Positions 1-10,339 of a stretch of DNA of 64,000 nt are shown one piece after another; position 1 is the first letter of the stretch, and each line of letters opens with the position of its first letter. Made by a program: the position numbers and the translations under genes. This DNA is from Sandaracinaceae bacterium (GTDB lineage Bacteria; Myxococcota_A; Polyangia; Polyangiales; Sandaracinaceae): positions 1 through 64,000 of the forward strand of contig JBGAQA010000032.1 in assembly GCA_044220955.1 (NCBI GenBank), in the 5' to 3' direction. Below the pieces are notes generated by a model, which worked only from the letters and a program-made list of their open reading frames with translations, made no database searches and was not told where the DNA came from.

Positions 1-62
1 GCGAGAGCGAGAGCGAGAGCGAGAGCGAGAGCGAGAGCGAGAGCGAGAGCGAGAGCGAGAGC
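1..62. repeat. (GCGAGA)10 hexanucleotide microsatellite, truncated by the window edge; reads as poly-(Glu-Ser) in the open + frame
   Basis: Ten perfect GCGAGA units at 1-60 plus GC. Confidence 0.95.
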
Positions 63-527
63 AAGGACCCTCGTGGAGCGCGTCGGCTCGTGATCGTCGG
101 GGCGCCGCTCCTCTCCGGCATCGTCCTCGCTGGCGCGCTCGCGATCGTGAACGGCTACCCCTTCGCGTGCTTCCCGACGTTCGCGTGGATCGTCCCCGAC
201 CACATGCCCGAGCTCGAGGTCGCGGTCGTCCGTGACGACGGCTCGCGCGAGATCCTCGACCGCGACCTCTGGCGCGAGCCCTCCGCGCCGCGCGAGTGGG
301 CGACCGAGTGGAGCGTCATCGGCTGCTACGACGCGTTCGACCCCGAGCGCCTCGAGGCCTACTTCCGCTCGCGCGTCGAGGATCGTCCGGACCTCGCGGC
401 GTCGATCGCGGGCGCGCGAAGGGTCGAGCTCTCGCGCGTCGAGATCACCATCGACCCCGACCACCGCGGCGAGATCCTCGACCGGGCCGCGCTCCTCTCG
501 GTCGCGCCCCTCTCGGTCGCGCCCTGA
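3..527 (+). CDS. 3' part of a membrane protein, possibly the C-terminus of an HTTM-domain protein; 5' end lies outside the window
   Basis: The frame of ORF 90..527 is open back to position 3 (ESESES...KDPRGARRLVIVG). One TM segment is followed by YPFACFPTF, which resembles the WPFSxYPMF motif of HTTM-type proteins. Confidence 0.55.
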   Translation, partial: ESESESESESESESESESESKDPRGARRLVIVGAPLLSGIVLAGALAIVNGYPFACFPTFAWIVPDHMPELEVAVVRDDGSREILDRDLWREPSAPREWATEWSVIGCYDAFDPERLEAYFRSRVEDRPDLAASIAGARRVELSRVEITIDPDHRGEILDRAALLSVAPLSVAP

Positions 528-528
528 G

Positions 529-1368
529 CTACTCGGCCGCGAGCTCGACCAGGAACGGACCGGCCTCGGTCCCGCGCACGGCGATGCCCCGCGCGATCAA
601 GGGATCGATCACCACCTTGCGCAGCGAGCTGCGCGCGAGCTCGAGGTAGGGCTCCGTCTCCATCCAGCCGAGCGCGTGCACGGCGCCCTTCGGCGCCTTC
701 GGGCGCCTCGAGATGTCGTCCCAGAGCACGTGGACGCCCTCGATGGCGCGATCGGCGACGTCGGCGAGGTGCGCGCGATCGGCGTCCGTGAGCTGCTCCG
801 CGGCCCAGTCGAGGAACGCGAAGCCGAACACGCCGTGGGCGGCCTCGTCCTTCACGATGCGCCCGAGGATCGCCTTGGGCAGCGGGTGATCGGTCGCCTG
901 CCAGGTGCCTCGCAGCATGGGGATCGAGAGCGCCTCGCCGACGCAGAAGTTGGTGACGACCAGCTCGGCGGCGCGCATGAGCGGAGGCTGCGTCGCGTCC
1001 GCGTGCACGATCATGTTCGAGGGGTCGTGGATGATCTCGGTGCCGCCGCCGAGCGCCATCGCCATGCGCGCGCAGAGCTCGACGTGCACCATCTCGTCGA
1101 GCGGGAAGCGTGACGCGACCGCGATCAGATCGAGCGGAGCGCGCGCCTCGATGAGGCAGCGCAGCGTCTCGGCGCACGCGGCACCGGTGCGATGCTCCTG
1201 GAACGCGGCGCCCGTCCAGCTTCGCCGCGCGGCGATCACGAGATCCTCGGGCAGCCCTCGTGTGTCGAGCATGCCCCACGGCATCTCCTCCACCTCGGGG
1301 CGGAGCTTGCGGTAGCGGCGCTCCCAGCCGCCACCGAGCAGCTCGAGCTCGAAGACCTCCCCCTTCAC
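529..1368 (-). CDS. Ferritin-like (di-iron four-helix bundle) protein
   Basis: Carboxylate/His motifs QEHRT...DEMVH and GEALS...DEAAH (E...ExxH twice); GTG start overlaps the stop of the upstream gene (GTGA). Confidence 0.8.
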   Translation of the reverse strand: MKGEVFELELLGGGWERRYRKLRPEVEEMPWGMLDTRGLPEDLVIAARRSWTGAAFQEHRTGAACAETLRCLIEARAPLDLIAVASRFPLDEMVHVELCARMAMALGGGTEIIHDPSNMIVHADATQPPLMRAAELVVTNFCVGEALSIPMLRGTWQATDHPLPKAILGRIVKDEAAHGVFGFAFLDWAAEQLTDADRAHLADVADRAIEGVHVLWDDISRRPKAPKGAVHALGWMETEPYLELARSSLRKVVIDPLIARGIAVRGTEAGPFLVELAAE

Positions 1369-1784
1369 GCGGCCTTCCCCGGCGGCGGCGGCGGTGGGAC
1401 GAGGTTCCCCGGCGGAGGGCGGGGCGGGACCGGCGTAGGCGGCGGCGCGACGAGGTTGCCGGGTGGGGGCATGAGGTTCGCCGGCGGCGGAGGCGGAGGT
1501 CTGTGCACGCGGGTGTGCGGCGGCGCGGAGGTCGGCGGCGGCGGCGCCATGAGGTTCGCGGGCGGCGGCGGGGCCTCGCGCACGCTCGTCGCGGGCAGCT
1601 GGGGCCCCTGGTCGGTCGGTGGCGGCGCCGAGCTAGGCGGCGGCGGCGCCACGAGGTTGCCTGGCGGCGGCGGCATGATGTTCGCGATCGGCGTCGTGAC
1701 CGGCGGCCCGTCGTCGCCGCATCCGACGACGAGCGTCGCGAGGCCCGCGGTGGCCACGAGCAGTTTCCGTCGCGTGAATGGCAC
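1365..1784 (-). CDS. Proline-rich Tat-type lipoprotein with six N(L/I)(M/V)(A/P)PP repeats
   Basis: Twin-arginine motif TRRKLL, hydrophobic stretch, lipobox VVGC; repeats ANIMPPPP, GNLVAPPP, ANLMAPPP, ANLMPPP, GNLVAPPP, GNLVPPPP. Confidence 0.75.
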   Translation of the reverse strand: MPFTRRKLLVATAGLATLVVGCGDDGPPVTTPIANIMPPPPGNLVAPPPPSSAPPPTDQGPQLPATSVREAPPPPANLMAPPPPTSAPPHTRVHRPPPPPPANLMPPPGNLVAPPPTPVPPRPPPGNLVPPPPPPGKAA

Positions 1785-1873
1785 GGGCGGAGGATACGCG
1801 GGTTTCAGCCCCGTGCGAATCGCCGGACGGGCCTTCCCGCGTCGGCGGTCCGCGCTAGAACGCGCTCGCTACC

Positions 1874-3859
1874 ATGGACTCTCGGGGGCTCCGCTCGCTC
1901 GCTCTGCTCTTGCTCTTGTCCTCGCCGCTCGCGCCGCGTCGCGCGAGCGCGCAGGACGATCCGTGCGCCGGGCGCGAGCTCGACGCGTGCGTCGCGGAGG
2001 CCGGTGCCATGGTGCTCGACGACGCGACCGTCGCGCAGGCGATCGCGATCTACCGGCACGCGTGCAACCACATGAACCCCGAGGGCTGCCGCCACCTCGG
2101 CGAGCTCTACGTCGTCGGCCGCGGCGTGCCGGTCGAGCTCCAGCGCGCGATCGCGATGTTCGAGACGTCCTGCGCGGGCTTGGACCAGCGCGGCTGCTTC
2201 GATCTCGCGCGGGGCCTCGCGTCGGCCGACGCGCCCTCGCCCGACGTTCCGCGGGCGATCCGCCTCTTCCAAGGGACGTGCGATGCGCACGTGGGAGAGG
2301 CATGCGTCGAGCTCGCGCGGCGCTACCGAGAGGGAGACGGCGTGACGGCCGACGGGGCGCGCGCGGGTACGCTGCTCGAGCACGCTTGCGAGGGCGGCGC
2401 CGGCGCGGCGTGCGAGGCCATCGCGGCGAGCGCCGACTCCGATCCGGCCCGGGCCGCCACGTACTACGAGCGGGCGTGCGAGCTCGGTCAGTCGAGCGCG
2501 TGCACGCACCGGGCGGTGGGGCTCCGGACGGACGATCCCGCGCGGGCGGCCGAGCTCCTCACGGAGGCCTGCGATGGCGGCGACGCGCTCGCGTGCAACC
2601 ACCTCGGCGAGATGGTTGAGCGCGGCGAGGGCATGGCGGCCGACGCCGAGCGCGCGTTCTCGCTCTACCACCAGGCGTGTGCGGCGGGAGAGCCGCTCGC
2701 GTGCACCAACGTCGCGCGCTCGATCCGCGCCGAGCACCCGGCGCAGGCCGCGGAGCTCTACCGCCGCTCCTGCGATGCCGGCGCGGTGGCCGCGTGCGAC
2801 GGGCTCGGCGAGCTGCTCGCGGCCGGCCCGGTGGGCGTGACGGCCGATGGTGCCGAGGCGCGCGCGCTCTACGACCGCGCGTGCGACGAGGGATTCCTGC
2901 TCGCGTGTCACCACCTCGCGCTCGCTCTCGAGCACGGGGCACTCGGCGCCACGCGCGACACGCGTCGCGCGAGCGAGCTCTTCCGGCGCGCGTGCACCGG
3001 CGGCACTGCGCTCGCTTGCTCGGGCCTCGCGGAGATGCACGTCTACGGGCGCGGCGTGATGCAGGACTTCGCGCAGGCCTCGTCGCTGTATCGCGAGGCC
3101 TGCACGGGCGGGGACCTCGCTGGCTGCGTCGCGCTCGGCGAGATGCTCGAGGAGGGGCGTGGCGTACCCGCGGACGCGGCGACGGCGGCGACGCTCTACC
3201 AGCACGCGTGCGATCACGGCGATCTCGGCGGCTGCGCGCACTACGGCCTCGTGCTGCAGAGCGGGACGGGCGGGGTCGTTCCCGACGTCGTCCGCGCGCG
3301 CTCTCTCTTCCAGCGCGCGTGCGACGGCGGCGAGCTGCGCGGCTGCAACTCGCTCGGCTACATGCTCGAGCACGCGCTGGGGGCGCCTCCTCCGGCTGCG
3401 CCGCGCCGTGGTCACCGTCCGCCGCCGGCGCCGGCGCCCGACTACGCCGGCGCGCGTCAGCTCTACGAGCGCGCGTGCGATGGAGGCGTGATGCGCGGCT
3501 GCAACAACCTCGCTGCGCTCTACCTGCGCGGCGTCGGCGTCGAGGGGGGCGCGGACCCGGTGCACGCGCGCCAGCTCTTCATGCGTGCGTGCGAGGGTCA
3601 GAACGGCCTCGGCTGCTCCAACCTCGGCCAGCTCTACGAGCTCGGCAGCGGGATCGCGATGGACGTCGTGCGGGCCGGTCAGCTCTACGAGCGCGCCTGC
3701 GAGCTCGGCGCTGGCGCGGGCTGCTATCGCCTCGCGCTGCTCTACGACGCTGGGCGCGGCGTGGACGTGGATCCCGATCGCGCGCGCCAGTTGCGCGAAG
3801 AAGGATGCAGCCACGGCTATGCGCCCGCTTGCGCGAGCGCTCCCCCGGCGACGCCCTGA
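1874..3859 (+). CDS. Secreted Sel1-like repeat protein of the disulfide-paired (Hcp-like) type
   Basis: Signal peptide ending ASA-QD; roughly 15 or more ~36-aa repeats of the form A..LY.RAC.GG...GC..LG..Y..G.GV..D. Confidence 0.9.
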   Translation: MDSRGLRSLALLLLLSSPLAPRRASAQDDPCAGRELDACVAEAGAMVLDDATVAQAIAIYRHACNHMNPEGCRHLGELYVVGRGVPVELQRAIAMFETSCAGLDQRGCFDLARGLASADAPSPDVPRAIRLFQGTCDAHVGEACVELARRYREGDGVTADGARAGTLLEHACEGGAGAACEAIAASADSDPARAATYYERACELGQSSACTHRAVGLRTDDPARAAELLTEACDGGDALACNHLGEMVERGEGMAADAERAFSLYHQACAAGEPLACTNVARSIRAEHPAQAAELYRRSCDAGAVAACDGLGELLAAGPVGVTADGAEARALYDRACDEGFLLACHHLALALEHGALGATRDTRRASELFRRACTGGTALACSGLAEMHVYGRGVMQDFAQASSLYREACTGGDLAGCVALGEMLEEGRGVPADAATAATLYQHACDHGDLGGCAHYGLVLQSGTGGVVPDVVRARSLFQRACDGGELRGCNSLGYMLEHALGAPPPAAPRRGHRPPPAPAPDYAGARQLYERACDGGVMRGCNNLAALYLRGVGVEGGADPVHARQLFMRACEGQNGLGCSNLGQLYELGSGIAMDVVRAGQLYERACELGAGAGCYRLALLYDAGRGVDVDPDRARQLREEGCSHGYAPACASAPPATP

Positions 3860-3869
3860 GCGGCGCGGT

Positions 3870-5340
<1,471 letters not shown>

Positions 5341-5497
5341 CGCGCGTCGCGGGCGCGCTCGCGTCCGACGCGCGGGCGACGGTGAAGAGGGGACTGCTGG
5401 CGGGCGACGAGGTGTGTCGCTCGCGCGGAACGGAGTGAGCGGAGGGAGCGCAGGAGCGCAGCGACGTAGCGGACGCGGCGAACGGAGCGACGAAGCG

Positions 5498-5560
5498 GAA
5501 CGAGGGGGAGCCTCGTTCTGGCTTCGCCTGAACGAGGGGGCCGCGTATCGGCCCCAGGAG
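5498..5560 (+). promoter_or_regulatory. Structured glnA leader with alternative hairpins and RBS
   Basis: GAACGAGG at 5498-5505 and 5530-5537 can each pair with CCTCGTTC at 5511-5518; hairpin GGGGCCG/CGGCCCC at 5537-5555 abuts AGGAG at 5556-5560. Confidence 0.45.
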
Positions 5561-5565
5561 AAACA

Positions 5566-6987
<1,422 letters not shown>

Positions 6988-7041
6988 TCTCGACCCGAAG
7001 GCATCCCTCATCCGGCTCGACGCCCTTGCGTCGGCATGCGA

Positions 7042-7085
7042 GAGCCCGGCCACGCGAAATGCGGGGCCGGGCTCGCGCGTTTCTC
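7042..7085 (+). terminator. Probable intrinsic terminator after glnA
   Basis: GAGCCCGGCC(7042-7051)...GGCCGGGCTC(7065-7074) stem followed by a short GTTTCTC tract. Confidence 0.6.
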
Positions 7086-7105
7086 GTCTCTCGGAGGAGC
7101 GCGCG

Positions 7106-7852
7106 ATGGGGAACAACACGGGGGTCATCATCGGGGTGGCGGGTCTCGTCGCGCTGGTGGGGATGTGCTGCGTCGGGACGGGGGCGGGGTTCTTCCTGAT
7201 GCGCAGCCGGCGCGAGGAGCCCGCGCCGTACGCGTACCCGGCCCCGACGCCGCCTCCACCGCTCTATCCGCCGAGTGGTCCCGCGGTCCCGCCGTCCGTC
7301 GCGGTCCCGACGGGGCCGATGCTCGGCGAGACCGCGGACACTCCCGTGCGCGGCCCTGTCGGCGCGCCGATCACGATCCACGTCGTCAGCGACTTCCAGT
7401 GCCCGTTCTGCTCGCGCGTGGAGCCCACGCTCGCGCGCCTCGACGCGTCCTATCCAGGGCAGATCCGCTGGGTCTGGCACGACTACCCGTTGTCCTTCCA
7501 CGCGGACGCGATGCCCGCGGCGGAGGCGGCGCGCGAAGTGCGCCGCCAGCTCGGCGACACGGCGTTCTGGAGCTACCACGACCAGCTCTTCCTCGCGCAG
7601 AGCGGCGGTCTCGATGGCCGCAGCCTCGAGGCGATGGCCGCGCGCATTCCCGGGATCGACGTCGCGCGCTTCCGCACGGCGCTCGTGTCGCACGAGCACG
7701 AGGCCACCATTCGCGCGAGCATGGCCGCCGTCGACGCGACCCACGGCTCGACGGGCACGCCGACGTTCCAGATCGGTCCGACGTGGATCTCCGGCGCGCA
7801 GCCCTTCGAGTCGTTCAGCGCCGAGATCGATCGCCAGCTCGGCCGGCGCTGA
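7106..7852 (+). CDS. Membrane-anchored DsbA-family thioredoxin-fold protein
   Basis: N-terminal TM, Pro-rich linker, SDFQCPFC, GTPTF cis-Pro loop, GAQP. Confidence 0.9.
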   Translation: MGNNTGVIIGVAGLVALVGMCCVGTGAGFFLMRSRREEPAPYAYPAPTPPPPLYPPSGPAVPPSVAVPTGPMLGETADTPVRGPVGAPITIHVVSDFQCPFCSRVEPTLARLDASYPGQIRWVWHDYPLSFHADAMPAAEAAREVRRQLGDTAFWSYHDQLFLAQSGGLDGRSLEAMAARIPGIDVARFRTALVSHEHEATIRASMAAVDATHGSTGTPTFQIGPTWISGAQPFESFSAEIDRQLGRR

Positions 7853-7915
7853 GCCGGGCCGCGGACTCACGTCTCGCGACGGCGCGGCCGCCGGGCGACC
7901 GCGCGGCGCAGCGGC

Positions 7916-8986
7916 TCACGCGCGGCCAGGGAAGAGCAGCTGGAGCGGAAACGCGACGCGCGACGACCAGCTGGCCGGATCGTGGCGCTGGCCGGGCCAC
8001 GCGATCACGTGGACTTCGTCGTCGGGCGCGTAGCAGTGCGAGAGCAGCGCTCGGTACATCGCCCGCGTGTTGTGGATTCCGTCGCGCGTGTTCGCGTCCT
8101 CCTCGAAGCCGGTCGCCGCGGCGCCGGAGTCGATGTAGAGGCGCGGCCGCTGCACGGGACACGTGCCGCCTTGCACGCTGCGAACCAGGAAGCGGTCCGC
8201 CCACCAGAACGACGACGAGAGGCAGACCGCCGTCCCGAAGAGATCCGGGCGGGTCCACGCGGCCCAGAACGAGAAGAGGCCGCCCATGCTCGCTCCGAGC
8301 AGCGCGGTCGAAGCGCGATCGGCGCGCGTGCGGTAGGTGCGGTCGACGTGTGGCTTCAGCACGTCCGTGATCGCCCGAAGGTGCGCTCGCCCGTGCCCGC
8401 CGCCGTGTCTCGAGTCCGGGATCGGCCCGAGCTTGTCGAGGCGTCCGTGCGCCGTCTCGATCGACACCACGACGAGCTCCGCCAGCGCGCCGAGATCCCA
8501 GAGGTCGTCGAGCGTGCGGTCGAGGTCCCAGCTGCCCTGCGGGTCGCGGCTGTCGCTCCAGAGCGACTGACCGTCCTGTGCGTACACGACCGGGTAGCGA
8601 AGCCCGGGCTGCTCACCGTAGCTCGGTGGCAGCTGCACTCGGAAGCGCAAGGCCTCGCCGCCCGGCACGGCGATGGTGCGCCAGTCCTCGAGCGGCGGAT
8701 GCTCTCCCTCGAACGCAGGGTGGAGCGTCAGCTCGTCGCCGCAGCCCGCGACGACGTTGCGACCCGCCATCCACGCCCCGTCGTGGCGCACCAGCTTGAG
8801 CTCCACGGGCTGGCCGTGCGTGACCGGAAAGCGGAAGGTGCTCACGTCGCCGTCGACACGGGCGGGCGGCACGTCGCGGTGCCAGTCGAGCCCGGGGCCT
8901 CGCCCGCGCAGCGAGAGGCGGCCGCGCTCGTGCGGGTAGATCGCGTGGAGCACGACCTCCTCCCGATGATCCGGCCCTTCGCGCAT
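7916..8986 (-). CDS. Alpha/beta-hydrolase (putative esterase) with a small N-terminal beta domain
   Basis: YPVVYAQDGQ, nucleophile elbow GASMGG, C-terminal H..ASW..R. Confidence 0.85.
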   Translation of the reverse strand: MREGPDHREEVVLHAIYPHERGRLSLRGRGPGLDWHRDVPPARVDGDVSTFRFPVTHGQPVELKLVRHDGAWMAGRNVVAGCGDELTLHPAFEGEHPPLEDWRTIAVPGGEALRFRVQLPPSYGEQPGLRYPVVYAQDGQSLWSDSRDPQGSWDLDRTLDDLWDLGALAELVVVSIETAHGRLDKLGPIPDSRHGGGHGRAHLRAITDVLKPHVDRTYRTRADRASTALLGASMGGLFSFWAAWTRPDLFGTAVCLSSSFWWADRFLVRSVQGGTCPVQRPRLYIDSGAAATGFEEDANTRDGIHNTRAMYRALLSHCYAPDDEVHVIAWPGQRHDPASWSSRVAFPLQLLFPGRA

Positions 8987-9016
8987 GCGCGGGTTCTAAC
9001 ACGTCGTCCCCGGCGC

Positions 9017-9059
9017 TTGACGCCGTGAATGACCGTGGTCAATAATGACCCGAGTCATT
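9017..9059 (+). promoter_or_regulatory. Sigma70-like promoter overlapped by two tandem palindromic operators (probable TetR autoregulation)
   Basis: TTGACG at 9017-9022 and AATAAT at 9041-9046; AATGACCGTGGTCAAT (9028-9043) and AATGACCCGAGTCATT (9044-9059) sit immediately before ATG 9061. Confidence 0.7.
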
Positions 9060-9060
9060 C

Positions 9061-9810
9061 ATGAGCCGCGAGGCGAACAAGGCCGACAAGCGGGCGCGGA
9101 TCCGCGAGGCCGCGGCGTCGCTCTTCGTCGAGCGCGGGTTCGACGCGACGACGACGAGCGCCGTCGCGGAGCGCGCGGGTGTCGCGAAGGGGACGCTCTT
9201 CCTCTACGCCAGCACCAAGGAGGATCTCGTCGCGCTCGTCTTCGAGCACCGCCTCGATGGCGCCATCGAGCGAGCGTTCGAGACGCTGCCGGAGGGAGGC
9301 GGCGTCGCAGACGAGGCCGAGCACGTCTTCGGTGTGCTCCTCGCGTTCTACGCGCCGCAGCGGGAGCTCGCGCGCATCTTCGTGCGCGAGCTGATGTTCC
9401 CCGGGGCGGCGGCCAGGCGCGTGCGCGACTCGGTCGACCGGGCGTTCCTCACGCGCCTGCGCGAGCGGGTCGAGCTGCGCATGCGTGCCGGTGAGCTCAC
9501 GTCGCGCGTCTCGCCCGAGCTCGTCGCGGGCGCTTGGTTCGGACACTACGTCGTCGCGCTCATCGCCTGGCTCGGCGGCTCGCTCGCCAGCCACCTTCAC
9601 GCACGCGCGATGCTGCGCGGTGCCATCGACCTCTCGATCCGGGGCCTCTCGTCCCGGATCGCCAGCGAAGGAGAGCTGCCATGCCCACCACCACCGAGGA
9701 AGCGAGCCGTCTCTACGAAGCGGAGGCCACGCTCCGCGAGAACCGCGCCCGCTACCTCGAGAAGAACGACTTCGGAGACGGCGGCTACGAAGACCCGTGG
9801 GTCACGCTGA
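9061..9810 (+). CDS. TetR/AcrR family transcriptional regulator
   Basis: HTH motif IREAAASLFVERGFDATTTSAVAERAGVAKGTLFLYASTKEDL. Confidence 0.9.
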   Translation: MSREANKADKRARIREAAASLFVERGFDATTTSAVAERAGVAKGTLFLYASTKEDLVALVFEHRLDGAIERAFETLPEGGGVADEAEHVFGVLLAFYAPQRELARIFVRELMFPGAAARRVRDSVDRAFLTRLRERVELRMRAGELTSRVSPELVAGAWFGHYVVALIAWLGGSLASHLHARAMLRGAIDLSIRGLSSRIASEGELPCPPPPRKRAVSTKRRPRSARTAPATSRRTTSETAATKTRGSR

Positions 9811-10274
9811 AGAAGATCGGCCCGCTGAAGCTCGGCTTCCCGAACACCGCGTCACGCAAGCGCGCCATCCGGCTGCACGATCTGCACCACGTGCTCGCGC
9901 AGTACGGCACCGACTGGACGGGTGAGGCCGAGATCGGCGGCTTCGAGATCGGCGCGGGCTGCGGCAACCACTGGGCGGCATGGTTCCTCAACGCGAGCGC
10001 GATGAGCTTCGGCCTCTTCATCGCGCCGCGCGCCACGTACCGGGGCTACGTCCGCGGACGGCACGCGCGCTCACTCTACGACGGCGAGTGGCGCGAGGCG
10101 CTGCTCGACGAGAACACCGGCGCGATGCGCAAGAAGCTCGGGCTCGATGCGCCGGAGCGGCCCGCGAGCCTCGCGGACAACGCCGCGTTCGCGGTCTGGG
10201 CGATCAGCACGCCGCTGGTGTTCTACGGCCCGTTCGTCGGCCTCGCGGCAGGGCTGCTCCGGTGGCTCTTCTGA
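9681..10274 (+). CDS. Coq4-like HDxxH metal-binding protein with C-terminal TM
   Basis: ATG 9681 preceded by GAAGGAGA; LHDLHHVLAQYGTDWTGEAE. Confidence 0.65.
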   Translation: MPTTTEEASRLYEAEATLRENRARYLEKNDFGDGGYEDPWVTLKKIGPLKLGFPNTASRKRAIRLHDLHHVLAQYGTDWTGEAEIGGFEIGAGCGNHWAAWFLNASAMSFGLFIAPRATYRGYVRGRHARSLYDGEWREALLDENTGAMRKKLGLDAPERPASLADNAAFAVWAISTPLVFYGPFVGLAAGLLRWLF

Positions 10275-10278
10275 CGAA

Positions 10279-10334
10279 ACTCGCACCTACCCGCAGGTTC
10301 GGCGTCGTTTCGGGGACTTGGGTGGGTGTGGAGT
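10279..10334 (+). terminator. GU-rich hairpin between convergent genes (possible terminator or 3' stabiliser)
   Basis: GCACCTACCC pairs with GGGTGGGTGT and CAGGTTC with GGACTTG, using several G-U pairs on the + strand. Confidence 0.4.
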
Positions 10335-10339
10335 GACCC

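Noticed and set aside
1365..1700. GAGGTT(C/G)-containing repeats with variable spacers as a CRISPR-like or ncRNA array
   Set aside because: The repeats are short, vary at synonymous positions and stay in frame, so conservation is at the peptide level.
5341..5565. Known glnA (glutamine) riboswitch or a tRNA in the spacer
   Set aside because: I could not match the known consensus or a cloverleaf by eye; reported only as an unclassified structure.
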